Source of the DNA: Lama glama
Taxonomy: Eukaryota
Assembly: GCA_028534125.1 (NCBI GenBank)
Contig: CM052816.1
Location: forward strand, 27,840,001 to 27,904,000
Length of the DNA: 64,000 nucleotides
Reading direction: 5' to 3'
In this document: in pieces, positions 1-13,738 of the stretch
How positions within the stretch are numbered: position 1 is the first letter of the stretch
How the letters are laid out: the number at the start of each line of letters is the position of its first letter
Program-made: the position numbers and the translations under genes
Notes under the pieces: model-generated
Database searches by the model: none
Told to the model about the DNA's origin: nothing
What the model saw: only the letters and a program-made list of their open reading frames with translations

Positions 1-49
<49 letters not shown>

Positions 50-50
50 A
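1..50. repeat. Compound (CT)n(CA)n microsatellite
   Basis: Directly visible at the window start; abuts an L1 3' region. Confidence 0.95.
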
Positions 51-511
51 GAGGAATATTACTCAGCCATCAAAAGAATGAAGTAATGCCATTTGCAGCA
101 ACATGGATGAACCTAGAGATTATCATACTAAGTGAAGTAAGTAAGACAGAGAAAGACAAATATCATGATATTTATATGCATAATCTAAAATAATGATAGA
201 AATAAACTTATTTATAAAACAGAAATAGATTCACAGACAGAATAAACTATGGTTACCAGAGGGGAAAGGGGTTGGGGGAGGAATATATTAAGTATTTGGG
301 ATTAACAGATACAGCCTACTATATATAAAAAGGATAAACAACAAGGACCTACTGTATAGCCCAGGGAACTATATTCAATATCTTGTAATAATCGATAATA
401 GAAAAGAATCTGAAAAATAATATATATATATAATTGAATCAGTTTGCTGTACACCTGAAACTAACACAACAATGGAAATCTTTAATTAAATTATACTTCA
501 GTATAAAAAAA
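51..511 (+). mobile_element. LINE-1 3' end (ORF2 tail plus 3'UTR), artiodactyl type
   Basis: Contains GGAATATTACTCAGCCAT..GCCATTTGCAGCAACATGGATG..AACAACAAGGACCTACTGTATAGC..CTGTACACCTGAAACTAACACAAC and ends in an A-rich tail. Confidence 0.92.
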
Positions 512-2679
512 TAATGTATACATATGGCTCCCTAAAAAAAAAAGCTGTAAAGTACAGATCCAGGGAGGAAAAACAATACAGCAATACAGTAATGTTTTAA
601 GGGTACATAGTTCAGATAGTTGTAGATTTGTTCACATTCCAAATTCTTTCATTATCACTTTCATTTCTCCCAATAAGAGGATAATTGAATAAACAAGTCT
701 CCACCTCTTGCAAAGAGAAAAGTAATGCTTAAAGTGTAGAATTTCCTGGCTTCTTTGTTTTTAACCTATGACACTGCTCTTCCCCACTGGAAAGAGAAAA
801 CTGATGTTTCTCTGCTATACATATTTATGATTTAAGACAGGATTAAAAATTATCATTCTGACATGACTATTTTATGCTTTGTATTCTTGACTGCAATTCA
901 TGAATGGGGAATATGGCCCCCAAGTTACTCTAGGTGACATTGAGAACTTATTGTTTTGATTTTTAGTTAATCTAAGACAAGTATGCCAACTAGGCAATTT
1001 TAAAAGTCATGTTAGTATAAAACTTTAAAAGTTTACTTCTAGTTAATTTTAGCAAAGTTCTATTACAAAATTTGGATTTTTAGATTAGCTTAGACTCTTA
1101 GATAAGAGTCTCAATAATTTAGAGGTTGTCACTAAGGAAGGAGAAGTAAGCATTTGCAGAGTAACGCCAGTTATATTGGGCAGAGTAATATCAATCAGGA
1201 GATATGAAATTACTGTTAGAGAACATAATTTTGAGCAGGATTCATAAAAAGACACCTTGCTGACTTCTTAACATTCCATTGATTTAATGTTAGGACGTAA
1301 AACAGGGAATATTTCAGATCTAAAATTTTGATATTCGAATCTCATTTCCACTTTTGACCTTACAGAAACTTTGCCAATACATTGGTTGAAAGCTTGCAAT
1401 TTTTTTTTTAAAGAACTCTATCAAGTTCAAAGAGATGAAATGTAAAGCATTTTTTAAAAGATGACTTTGCTGAGAGAGAAGGCAGGGTCAGAGTTACCTC
1501 ATTTTGGAACATGTGCTGACAGGGCTGAGTTGTTTGCTAATCTGGAAGTCTTTTATATAAAAGTTTGTCAGTATTCCACTGCCAGGTTTAAGTTGAATGC
1601 ATTGGGTTTTTGTAACAATCACTTTTTAATTAAGGCGCTAAAGAAAATTTGGCACTCATAGTTCATGTAGGCATTTAATTAATTTGACATTTTTAAGTGA
1701 AAAGAGATGAAGATGACTAGTATGTAATTCTTTAAAAGAATGGCTCTTGGTTATGTTATCAAATTCAAAATAAATATAAAAAGCCCCCCAACTGTTTATT
1801 CTAACTCTTGGTTATGAGCCACAACTGTAAGATAAATGACAAGTAATTTGTCTAAGGAAACTTACTAAATAAAAAGTTAAAGGAGAATGGTTTTCAAAAG
1901 CCAGACTGTGGATTCCTCTCAAAAACTGCACTTAACCATTGGCTTGAGGTTTAACTGCAAAAACCAGAAATGTAGGTCAGGCAGAAAAGCTGGGATTCTG
2001 TGACATGGATTCATGGAAATTAAGCTTATTGTCATTAAAGTTTCCTGGAAATTGAAAGAGCATGTGGTTCCCATAGTTTTTGGGGTTTTTTTTTTTTCAG
2101 TATTGGCCAATTGACTCTCAAAGAGGAATTTTTGCAATTTGGCTCAAACAGAAGTATTTTAAATAAGACTTTCAGAGAAATAACACCATGCTCTAGCCAA
2201 GCTTCAAAGTCTGTTGAGTTTAATTTTTCCTTGATATCATGAGAAATAGTGAATGGAAATATTCATGAAATGGAAGTTGGTATTGTACAATTAGTCTTTT
2301 TAAGTGAAGAAGCAATAATTTACTGTTTGTGATCAGAAGGTAACTTAATTTAGCCACAATGATATAGAAGAAGTTTTTTATTATTATTATTATTTTCCTT
2401 ATTTCATTACTTATTTCCTGGTTTAAAAAGTATTTCATTCTCATTTTTGATGAATTGAGACAGTACATAAAGGAACAAAGAAGAAAATTCAAATCATTCA
2501 CAATCTTTTTTTTTCCAAAGAAGCAAACAATTTAATCTATTTTCTTAAGATTTTTTGTTCTTTGGAATTATTTGGGAGAATCAAGATTCACATTCTAGCG
2601 CCACTCACTCCATTGTCTGGTGAACAGCTGGGCAACAGAAAGAAATAATTACCCCAATTTAAACGTAATTTATGATCTA

Positions 2680-5442
2680 CCTTCCCCAGGTCACTATTCC
2701 TTGCTCCTCAAAGATTTTAACTTCTGGCTTACGTTCCTCTTCTCCAATACCACTCCTATCACTATTCTTGGTGATTGAATATTCATATGTTTTATCTGTT
2801 CAAACCTCCTTGCTTCTACCATGAGCCACTCTGTCTTATGGTCATCCTCTAGATCTTGTCAATTTCAAGCACCACACCTCTGACCACCACCTTCATTTTT
2901 TTCAGCTCACACCCAATCCAAGTAATCCTTTAACTCTATCAGGACCTTCAAGCCAATGAGCTTACTACATTTTCACTATCCTTTTTTATCATCGTGTTCT
3001 CCTTTTTCCCCTAAATTGTATGTCATTACATTTCATGATCTTTCATTGTAATCACTTCCTTGCATGCATCCTCATTTCCTTTGTCCTTTTATTGCATGAT
3101 CATACTCACTTAGTAAATCCAGTTAAATCAAACTCTGACAACTCATAGTGGTGGCAAAAGAAAGATACATAATTACGCTGATGGATCTTACTCTCAATTC
3201 CTGTCACTCCCTTCATGTTGGCCTTTAGTATGATCAAGACAGTCATAATGTTCTCAGCTTGACTGAACTTTAGATACGTTTCTTCCTGACTGTAGGTCCC
3301 TGACCTTTCTTTTTTTAGAGCCTTTATCTTAGAAAACTTTCAATCATAGAATCTTTAAACCATTGAGATGTAAATCTTTTCTCAGCCTCTTGCAGGCTTT
3401 ACAACCCAGGAATATCTTTTTCAAGGAGCTGGGAGCCATCCCTTTGAAACATAATCAGGCAAGACAGGGCCCCTGTCTTCAAGTCTCTGTAGGAGGGTAG
3501 GAGCCTAACTTCGGTAAACACCCATCAGAAAACTCAGATGGCCTAATCACATTGACAAACTTCTCCCCCACCCAACACCTTTCCTCCATCTTTAGTTAAC
3601 TGCCTACTTCAAAGAAATTGAAGCAATTAGAAGTGAACTTCACCAGTTCCCATCATCACATCTACACTAGCTTTTTCCTTAGCCTCTTCTAGTCACGTGA
3701 ATGATCGCTTGTGCTAGCTTCACTTACTGTGTCACAGTCTCTCTCACCAAGTCAAGGACAGTGTTCCAGCAATTCCTCCTCCTCTCCCTTGAATTGTCAT
3801 TTTTTCCATCTCTACAACAGTTTTCCATCAGCAAACAAATATGTTCTGTTTCATCTTAAAAACAAATAAAACCAAAACATGCAAAAAAATCAGTCTTCTC
3901 ACTCTAGCCATAACTCAATTTATCTCTTGTTATAGTAAGAGAGAAGATAATAATCTGTAAAATTTTTAAAGTGTTTTCCAACGTCTAGTCTTCCGTTCTC
4001 TTGACCCTGCCTGTTCTTATTTGAATGCAACCTGTCTGTTGTTACAGTGACAAGTTCTCAGACTTCATCTTACCTAGTAATCTGAAACATTTGTTGATCA
4101 CTCCTTGCTTCTTAAAATAGGTGGTTTTTGTTGTTGTTTTTGTTGTCGTTTTGTAATGTGGCTTAGAGGATACCACACTTTTCTGTTTCTCTTCTTACTT
4201 TTCTGGCCATTATTTTTCTACCTCCATTATCAATTTTTCCTTATCTTCCTGACCTTTTAATGTTAAAATGCTCCCAGCATACAATCCTTTGACGTCTCTC
4301 TTTGTTTTTCTTTACACATTCACTTCTTGGGGGATCTCATCAAGTCTTGAGGCTTTTAATATTCATCTCTAAGCTAATTAATCCAACATGTGTATCCACA
4401 GTACCTCTCTTCCCAACTCTAGACTCGTATATCCAACTGACTCCCAGATATCTCCTGCTGACTATCTAATGGGCATCTCTAACTTGGCATTTAAAAAATC
4501 AAGATAATAATCCTCCTCCTCTACCACCACCCACAGAAACCTACTTCTCCATAATGGGCAACTCCCTCTTCCATTTGCTTCGGCTAAAACCGTTGGTGGC
4601 AATATTTACTCCTCTAAGTTTGTCATATCCCATATTTTGTTGGCAAAATTTGTTACTCTACCATCAAAATATGTCCCATATCTCATAGTTCCCAATCTCT
4701 ACTGCTACAGCACTATCCTAAGTTTCTCTTACCTCTTCTCCACTATATTTTATTGCAATAGCTTCCAACTGGCTTAGTTGCCTTCTCTGTTGCCTTCTTT
4801 TGGCCTACTTCTAGCAGAGCCACAATAGTAGTATTATTTAAAAGTAGATTAGATCATATCACAAAAGATCATGTTAATTAAATACAACAATGACTTGCTA
4901 TATCATGAGGCTAAAAACTTAGATCCCTACAAATCACCCAGAAGGCTCCACTCAGTGTATTTCCTCTCTGCTCCACATTGCTTTTTGACATTTCCCTCTC
5001 TGTTGCTTACTCCTCACCATCTACTCTAGTCTCCTTACTATTCCTCACTCTTTTTAAGCAGTCACAACTCAAGGTCTTTGCACTTGTCCTTTCCTCTGTC
5101 TGAAACACTTCTTCCAGACATTGACTTGAATTTCTCCTTCAGTTCCTTGATATCTTTACTCAGATGACACTGTCTGACTGAATCCAAACCTAGCCACCTA
5201 TTTTACAGACTGCATATATGCTGAACTTCATATTTATTTTTTTGCTTTATTTTTCTTGAGAGCATTTAACACCTTCTAACATAGACTATATATTTATTAT
5301 TTATCTTATTTTCTTTTTATCTGCTAAAAGTAAGCTTCTTGAGACTTGGGATTTGTTTTGTTTTGTCTCCTGTTATAATACCAGGACCTAGAACGGGGAC
5401 TGCCTCAACAGATACTCATTACATATTCGTTGAATGAATGAT
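2680..5442 (+). mobile_element. Long degenerate L2 (LINE-2) element, interrupted by an LTR at ~3231-3590
   Basis: Pyrimidine-rich L2-like body (ATCTCATCAAGTCTTGAGGCTTT, TCTAATGGGCATCTCTAACTT) ending in the typical L2 terminus ATATTCGTTGAATGAATGA. Confidence 0.8.
3231..3590 (+). mobile_element. ERV1-class solo LTR fragment (MER67/MER31-like), 3' truncated
   Basis: Starts TGATCAAGACAG; contains TTTACAACCCAGGAA..GGGAGCCATCCCTTTGAAA..CAGATGGCCTAATCAC; clearly homologous to 18479-18975. Confidence 0.75.
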
Positions 5443-5879
5443 AGAAAGATACCATGTAGGTTGCAATAGAATTTAATCTTAGTTCTTAACCAAAGTTTAA
5501 CTCTCTTAGAGGAGTTTCTGATACAGCATAATAAGAAAGGAAATAAATGAGAAATTCAAAGTGAAAGAAGGCCTTAAAACTGAGCCATTCTTGGAATTCA
5601 GATTGGGGAGTCTGCCAGTGAAGATATTTGACCCAGAGCTAGGCAAGAGTAACAGCACTAAAAATCTATCATGAGTGAATCAAGTTATGCACGATGATTT
5701 ATTGTAATATATCCCTTTATATTTGTTCCCAGGAAATGCATCCAAGGAAATGTCTCTTTATGTGGGTGGGTAAGAATTCAAACGTTGAATGGAGAGTGAT
5801 TATTTTAATATTTTTTCGTTTCATTGCTTAAAATGTATGGCATAGCTGAGTAATTTGCAGTGTGCTTTGCACAGAACAG

Positions 5880-6560
5880 TTGATCATGATGTAGAGCTTA
5901 GCATGTAATCAAGATCTGAGGGGACTGCATGGATCACTTTAAGGAAGCAATAGGGGAAAGTCATACTCTGTACATAATTTAAATCAACACAAAAAAACTG
6001 CTTCATTGATGAATTAGTAGGAATCAGCACCTTGGAAGAAGAGCGACAGAAAAGATTGTTATATTAGAAAAAACATGTCTTAGAAAAGTAGATTTTAAAA
6101 AGTGTTCATAGAATAAAAGTTAATTTTCAAACCAGAAATTCCAAGAAAGTGTTAGCTTGAGAAAGGAAGTTCTGTATTTTAAGTACACATATTTTGTGAA
6201 GATTAACATACTGTATGACAGTTAAAGAATCTGCAGTATCTACATGGAGCTCTCTGGTAATTTACAGTTGAAGTGACACAGACACCAACTGGAACGAAGA
6301 ATACATAATCAAAGCCAAGGAGTAAAGAGTGGCATTACATAATTGTAATAATTATCTGAAAGAGGAATGCCAAAATGAAGCTAAGTCTTCAGAAAATCAT
6401 ACAAGAGTAATTTAGTTGGTTTTAAAGACCTGGTTAGAAAAAAGTAAACAATGTGTTTCATTGCTTTTGAGAAAAAAACTGAACACACAGCAATAACACA
6501 GAGAAAGAAAAACTATTCAGTTTCAATCTTGCTTCTGTGCTATTAGGGGTAGAGGTTTTA
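5880..6560 (+). mobile_element. CR1/L3 LINE ORF2 relic
   Basis: Purine-rich segments resemble the L3 consensus (TTAGAAAAGTAGATTTTAAAAAG, AAAGAGTGGCA, AATAACACAGAGAAAGAAAAACTATTCAGTTTC..TTGCTTCTGT); highly diverged. Confidence 0.5.
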
Positions 6561-6903
6561 AACTGTGAAACAGAACAACCATAGTTAAAGCTACCTGAAA
6601 GCTAAGATAAGTGTAAAAAGATATCCTTCTAGTTATGGGGGAGTAGAGAAAGATTCACTAGGAACAGTTTATCATAACTGTAATGAATTCAAGAGAAGTT
6701 TGTGCCAAAGCTCAAACTTTTTACTCTGAGCAGACCTAAAAGGGAAATCTCCCATAACATGAATAATACAGTTGGGGGTTCTCTTTTTATCAAATTCTTA
6801 AAGCTTTTAATCTTAGGTGACTAACATCTAATATAAACCTTATGTGTCTTGATATCTAGAGCCATCCTATCAATATTTTTAATATTGTTTGTTTCTAAGA
6901 AAG

Positions 6904-6975
6904 TATATTTTCCATTATGGTATCTAACTCATCAAATCATATATTTTCCATTATGGTGTTTAATTCACCAAACCA
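6904..6975. repeat. Imperfect 36-bp tandem duplication
   Basis: TATATTTTCCATTATGGTATCTAACTCATCAAATCA followed directly by TATATTTTCCATTATGGTGTTTAATTCACCAAACCA. Confidence 0.9.
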
Positions 6976-6991
6976 TCCAGCAATAGTTATA

Positions 6992-7179
6992 TAGTTGACC
7001 CTTGAACAAGGTGGGGCTTAATTTACTTATCATTTATAGTTAGCCCTTTGTATCTGTGGCTCCCCCAGAATGTCAACCAACCAGGGATCATGTAGTGCTG
7101 TAGTATTTACTACTGAAAAAAAAATCTGTGTAGAAGTGAACCCACTCATTTCAAACCGTAATTCCTCAAGGGTCAACTG
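6992..7179. mobile_element. TcMar-Tigger MITE (Tigger2a_Art/MER8-like)
   Basis: Terminal inverted repeats (T)AGTTGACCCTTGA ... TCAAGGGTCAACTG, with TA target duplications at 6990-6991 and 7180-7181. Confidence 0.88.
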
Positions 7180-9486
7180 TATTTATCTTCCCCATTTACT
7201 TTAAGTTGAGGTTGTTTTTTACCTGGCAGGGTGATTTTCCTTCTGTACAGACCTGGAGCCTTAGAGCAATGATGAAGCAGCACTCCACAGTGGCATCTGG
7301 TGACAGCTGTGAGATATGGTGGTGAGGACAATGGCTATGGATATATAGCCTCTCCCTAGGTTGGCAGTCATCTTTTCCAGACTGTATAAACTAGAGGATT
7401 CTTGAATTTTCCAGGGAAAGATTTCAGAAGTGGAGATTAGAGCATGTGAAAAATGCATTCTGCCTTTATTGAATGTGAGTGAGCTCTGGAGATGGTATCA
7501 GCTTAGAGTTGCAAGACACCTGAGGTGTGAATTAGTGTGCTCCCCAAACTGAAAAGCCATCAATAGCATTAGCATCTGTAGAGGTTGCTTATTTGCCATA
7601 TCTGTCTTCTTCTTCTAAATTTTATAAAAAGATGAGATAGATTAATTACGACTTGTGCCCCAAACTTAAGTTTTCTACCCAGCCAGAAGAAAAAAAAATC
7701 AGTCGTAGTTTAGCCTTATTTAGATTATGCATGTTATTTCAACATGATTTCAGTTCCTGCAATTTTGCATTCAAAATTTTTCTATTAGGTGAATGAAAGG
7801 TAAAGAATTTCCCAGTTAACCATGTGAATGGCTCGTCTCTTAGCTTCATCTTGAGTTTGTATTGTAAAGCTTTTGATCACTCAAATAATACTGTAAAGTT
7901 AGAGAATTTTTTATTCACCCTTTAAGGTTACTTCATTGTCTTCTTGATCTCAAGAAAATTTTCAAAATGAGAAATAGATCTTATTATCCAGATATCTGTA
8001 GTTATTAAGAGAAATATGCTGCTTTGTTACATTTTTTGGCTCAGTGGTTTAAAACAAATCTGAAAGTATAATTGCTGTCCTGAGAAGGAACACAAAATTG
8101 AAGTCTTTTTTCCTTCTTTTTTTTTTTTAACTTTAGTGAATGCTGTTAGTCTGTCACTTTGTTAAGATCCTTTTATAAAATTAGGTCTCCTTATGCTACT
8201 TATGTGTGCTCTTCTAAGGGACATATTTCTAAGGCTAATAAAGATTATAAGCCTGTTAGAGAAAAATTTGGTTAGTGAATTGAAGAATGCAAGGGTATAA
8301 ATCCAAATTTAATTAGCAGATACTCTTGAAGTGATTAATTGTTGTCAAGGATGTTGCTTATCATTTAAACTAAAGAGGTGGTTAAAAGAAAAGTGTGAGA
8401 AACTTCTGCTGATGGTTTCTCTTTATTTAGAAGGTGATAGAATCCTTGGCAGTTGTTCAGAAAGCATTTAATTTATTGGCTTCAAAGTGAATTAATAGTT
8501 ATGTTTGTAATCATCAACTGGACCCAAACAAAAATTTCTAATCTATTAAGCTTATTAAGAAAAAGTAATTGATAAAGAGTAATTAGCCAACAAAATTGTA
8601 ATTGCACCTTTTCTACAGGTCTTAGAAAAGAATAAACTAAAAAGGGATAAGATCTCACTCATTGTGGAATAGCTTGGGAGGGGAGAGACCAGTGAAGAGA
8701 GGGTTCTTCTATAAAGGCCAGAGTAGAGGTGGCAATTATAAAAGTCTAAGCCCTAAATCCAGATTGAAGCTGCACCACTGGCTCCATGACTTCCCTTTCA
8801 GGATGATCCCCTATGTTCCAATTCTACTCCTATAGTTTCCCTCATGTGGGAAACTTAGGACTTTCCAAGTTGAGTAGATAATCCAGCAAGAGTCATTAAC
8901 ATAGCATCTGTTCTAGTCTACCTGCCTAATATTTTATTTAAATTCTCCTTAGCATATATCTTAGTTCTTGATTATCTTCTGCTGAAAACAGTGCAGTTAA
9001 TCTAGCCAGCTTATATTAATCACTAATTTCCATGAATGAGTGATAGGAATTATGGCACTGAAGGGTTTTTCTTATATTTTAATAGAGAGAAATAAAGAAC
9101 AAGCACTTCCTGTATACCCAATTGGCTAAAGCTGACACCTTTTAAAATTTAAATACATATTGCGGTCACATCCCAATCTAGCCTCAAGGACCTTCCATTT
9201 GTCCCCTGAATTTTCCCCCCAATATATAAAATGTAAATGTTTCTGCATGTAGGCACCCATACAGATAGGGACAGTAATATGTCACTTCTGGCATTACTTT
9301 AATTGGCATAAATCAGTAGAGTACATATATATTAGCCATGGACTCATGGTGGTGAATTTTCCATACCTAAACTATTGCCATAATCATTAACTTAGGAAAG
9401 GCTAAAAGCAATCAGCAAACGGATTAGAGATTTGTGAATAAAGCTTACCAAAAAAGTGTAAAATAATTTGGAGTTATTTATCTTAG

Positions 9487-10034
9487 TGAAGAGAAGTATC
9501 TGGCAAGGGGGGACATGAGACTGCTATCCTTAGAAAAGCTGGCTTGCAAGTTTAGCCTTTGGGTGGTTTCTGGGAATTTGGATTTTGAAAGTGTTCCCAC
9601 TGTTTTGTAACTGATAAAGGTGACTCACTGTGGCTAGGCTGTTTGTGCAAACAATGTGGCTTATGGTGAAGATGTATTTTCCTTTTAGAAGCCAAGAATC
9701 TGGGTATGTAAAAAAGCATAATGTACCTGTAGACCTACCCCCATTAAAAAATTGGGTGCTGAGTATCTAAGGACCACATTTTGCACATGTTGACATAATT
9801 GGATGCTGGAGGAATCAAGCATAACCTGTAAAATTGTACTGTAAGAGGACTCTTGGAAGCTTGCACTTAGAAGTTTCTTCTCAGCTTCAATCTATATGGC
9901 TTTCCTCTTTGCTAATTTTGCTTTATTAACTTTATTGTAATAAATCATGGCCATGAATATGACTATGTGCTGAGGCCTGTGAGTTCTTCTAATGAATAGC
10001 TGAAGCCATGGGTGGTCTTTGGGATCCTTATCCC
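9487..10034 (+). mobile_element. ERVL-class solo LTR, MER68-like
   Basis: Contains GAGACTGCTATCCTTAGAAA, TGTTTGTGCAAACAAT, GAGGACTCTTGGAAGCTTG and TAATAAATCATGGCCATGAATATGACTATGTGCTGAG. Confidence 0.85.
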
Positions 10035-11949
10035 AAGAGGTTAATAAATCTGTCAGAACTTTTCATTTGTTACGTTTTTTTTAGGGTGATGAGGAGGAAT
10101 CTTCAAGATTTCTTTGAGAAAGTGTTTATTGCAAAGCTATGGAAGATCATGAAGGACCAAGAAATGCTACAAATTACAGCCCTCTTTTTATCTGTTAGTC
10201 ATTCTGGAACTGAGAATTCCCAGAATTAAGCTGTACAATTGGCATTTAGAGAAAGAAAATGGAGTGTTTGCTGATTATATCTTTGTCAGAAGTTAAAGAG
10301 ATTGGGTCAGCTTCTCACCATCATATAGAGAGCACCCCTCTGGGCAGAATTTTAGGGCAAATTTTCTCAGATAGGTGGCCTTCTTCATGTGCAACCTAGG
10401 CTTCTCTGCCCTAGATTTGGGCACAAAGTCTGATCTAGTCATTTGTGGCCAGTGTATCAGATAGTATAGCTTGTATGTCACAAGGAAAACAGAATTAGGA
10501 AGAATGAATCTCTTGAGTTCATGTTTCACTAACAGGTGCTTTTGTTGAGGCAAACACTTGGTCCTTAACAGACTCTTTACCAGTATGTACAGAAAGAGGT
10601 ATGAGTGCGTAGTTGTTCTCTCTTTAAATTGAAGCCAGGACCAGGGACATGGCACTAAATAAAAATGAATTAAAGAAGGGACATCTATTAGGGTCTAAAA
10701 AAGAAATTCTTGATTTTCTCCTTAGAGTAACAAGGCAGAGAAATATAGGAGACTATGAGTTCTGTGAGAAAGCGCATGGCCACCGCTCCACCAATTCCTC
10801 CCCTCTGCCACCTCCGCCAAAAAATATAGTCTCTTGCATTTTTGTTTTTTAAACTTTTAAACTTTGTTTAAATTGAATCATATTTCAGTTAGTCTTGCAT
10901 ATTTTCACAATTTACCTACAGTAATAGCAACTTTTCCTAGTTCCTTAAATGGACATCATCACATATATCATGCTCTGGCAGTAGAGACTCACAACCATAC
11001 TAAAAATTCCAACTCCTGAAGATGCAGTGTTTAAATTAAATTAACGAGGACATGTTTAAAAAGTAACTAGATTCTCAAACCATGCCGAAAAAATAAGTAG
11101 CAGCAGAGGGATGGAATTTGACTATAAAAATAAATTGTTGCCTTTGGACATTCTGTTCTTTAGAAGAAATACCAAAGCGTTCTTGAGAGGATCCTAAACA
11201 GGAATATATTTCCTTGTTACTTATAGCCAGAGTAGATGACTTGAGAGAATTAAAATAATACAACTTCTGGAGAAAGACCATATAATCAATAGAGATTTCT
11301 GGGAAAATGAAAACAGGAACGGTTGTAGGGGCTTAAATTATAATGACATTTTGTGTTGAAAATGCTAATACACTTTGGTAATTATCAGTGGCCCTTCTGC
11401 TTGGTAATCTGTTAAACCTTGCCCAACTTGGACTGCAAGGTATTCAAAAGGAATAATTTTGTTCATGTCAAGGGATGATAGCTGCTTAAAGCGGCCCTGA
11501 GCAGTGAAAGAAATAATCATCAGAAAACAAAGTGAGAAGTGAAGTAATGAACAATAGACCCTATAATAATTATCTTGAAAAGCACATCATCAGATACAGA
11601 GGTGAATACATGAGAATTCTGACTTCAGCATTGCCTTAATGGTGCCCATTGTGCATGCAGCAATCAGCCAGTGATTGCTAGTAGCCCCAGGTCACGGCAG
11701 AGACATACCTTTAATCTCCCTTAGTCCCACTGAGAAGGACTTGCTTCCAGAAGAAGCTCATTCAATAAATTTTAGTTCAACCAGCTCCCCAATCTCTGTG
11801 ACAGCATGAATACTATTGTTGATTATTTGTTTAGATATTTACTTCTGTCTTCCACTTTCCCTCCCCACAAAGAACTCTTTTATTCAGTTATTCAGCTAGC
11901 ATTTATTGAAAACTTTCTCCATGTCAAACACTATTTCTGGCAATTTAGA

Positions 11950-12115
11950 ACTTCCACCCTAAAGAATGATTCACAGATATCAGACCAACATCACAGTCTG
12001 AAGGCTCTCTCTGCCTATTCTTTTTCTCTCCCTTTGTCTTTTACAGGCATTGCCTTTAATCTTTTGGATTTCCAAATTCATTTTGGCATCTGCTTCTTAG
12101 GGTACCCCAAATAAT
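11950..12115 (+). mobile_element. Old ERVL LTR 3' fragment (LTR33/LTR16-like)
   Basis: CTTTTACAGGCATTGCC..TTGGCATCTGCTTCTTAGGGTACCCCAAA resembles the 3' end of these LTRs. Confidence 0.5.
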
Positions 12116-13413
12116 AAAATTCCCTACCTAACCTTTATGTCTGAATAATTCTTATTCATGACAAGTAGAAAATAGGGATTAATTGAATAGATTTTTAATA
12201 ATGCAGTCCTGGTAGAGATGAAAGAAAGTGATGTAATCTCTGTCCTTCATTATGGGAGACAAAGATACTTGTATAATGTTGCTGATAGTTGAATTGGGCT
12301 TTTTACCATGACTAAGCTTATACACAAAGTAGTTATGGCCAAATCTGTTAACATTTAAGCCCCTGCATGCATGGGGAGTGAGTTAAGACTAAATGTTGGG
12401 TGCATCTCACAATGATGTTGCACTGAATAGATTTTCCAGATTTTCCCCATGACACATTCAAGTTACTCATCACCGCTGAGACCACTAACATCTCAAACCA
12501 GGATGCCATTATTTCAATCTGTTATTCCAAGATGAGAAGCCTGAGGTTGGTACCATTCCTATGTGTTAATTTACTATTTGAATTGGTTTATCGTCCAGTG
12601 ACTCTGCTAGACTACTATTTCCTGCGGGGGGTGGGGGTGGGGCGGGAAGGAGCCTGGCCCTTTTCTACATCACTTACAACAATTGCCATCACTTATTACA
12701 ATGACTAGCGTATAGTATGTCCCTGACATGTCTAAGTGGAGTAAAAAGTGTTTCATTATTGACTTCTTAACATATAAACTCTCTCTTTGCTGAATTGAAT
12801 TTTTCTCAGGTAATGACTTTGCTGCCTTAGCTATCCAGCTGGGGATTTGTGTTAAGAAAAAAAGAAAAACAGCAATGGGAAGCTTATTATAATGTGATAT
12901 TTGAAGCATTGCATAGCTGAATTATTTCTTTGGTAATGAAAGTGTCATTGTCAAAACATGTGAAGGAAAATAAGTATGAACAAACATGATATTTAGATTT
13001 AGTACATTATTTATTAGCCACACTTCCTAAGTTATTGAAAATTAGCACAAGCACCTCTGCCAATACAAAGTGAAAGATATTCCTTTCTCATTAATTATAG
13101 AGACATCCATGTCTTGGCATTCACTTATAATATTCCCATTAAAAATAGAAATTTAAAAAAGGAAAACAACAGTTAAGCCTTCACTTCCGGGTCAATTTGT
13201 TCAGAAAGAAGAATTCGTGAACAGATGGTTACTTAATTATATAAATTTATGGTTGGTATCTATGACATTTTATATCTATTGTACAATTTTCCTTTTATGG
13301 AAGAAGTGGATATCAAATCTAGAAATAGCTCAAAATACAAAATGCTGAGTAGTAAGGTAAATAAGAACTTTATCTAGGGTTGGGGAAAAATGAAATCATG
13401 TCTATTCTGCTTC

Positions 13414-13738
13414 TGTAAGTATTTAAATATACCCGAGGTTGTGATCCGCTGATGGGAACATCTCACAGCAAGTGCAGGGAAAGAGCCCATGGAAAAGATT
13501 GAGACCATGTGTCCTGGGGGTGTAGCACCTTTGGGTCGGGTCCTGCTAGGGACAGGTTTAACTGTGTAGCCCAGTCCAGCTGCTCTTTTATTCTAATTCC
13601 TTATAATAAATCCATTCCTGCTTTTTTATATCTAAAGTCCTTTCTCTTGTCTTGCAGTGAATTGTGGGTGATTTTTGTATCCACAGACCCCTCATATCCT
13701 TTGTTTCAAGATCAGGCAGGGATTTGGGGCTGAGTGTA
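13414..13738 (+). mobile_element. Ancient solo LTR, family uncertain
   Basis: Begins TGTAA, is locally GC-richer, and has AATAAA at 13605 followed by a U5-like pyrimidine tract. Confidence 0.5.

Noticed and set aside
12713..12733. p53-like site TAGTATGTCC-C-TGACATGTCT
   Set aside because: The first half-site lacks the invariant C and both have purine mismatches.
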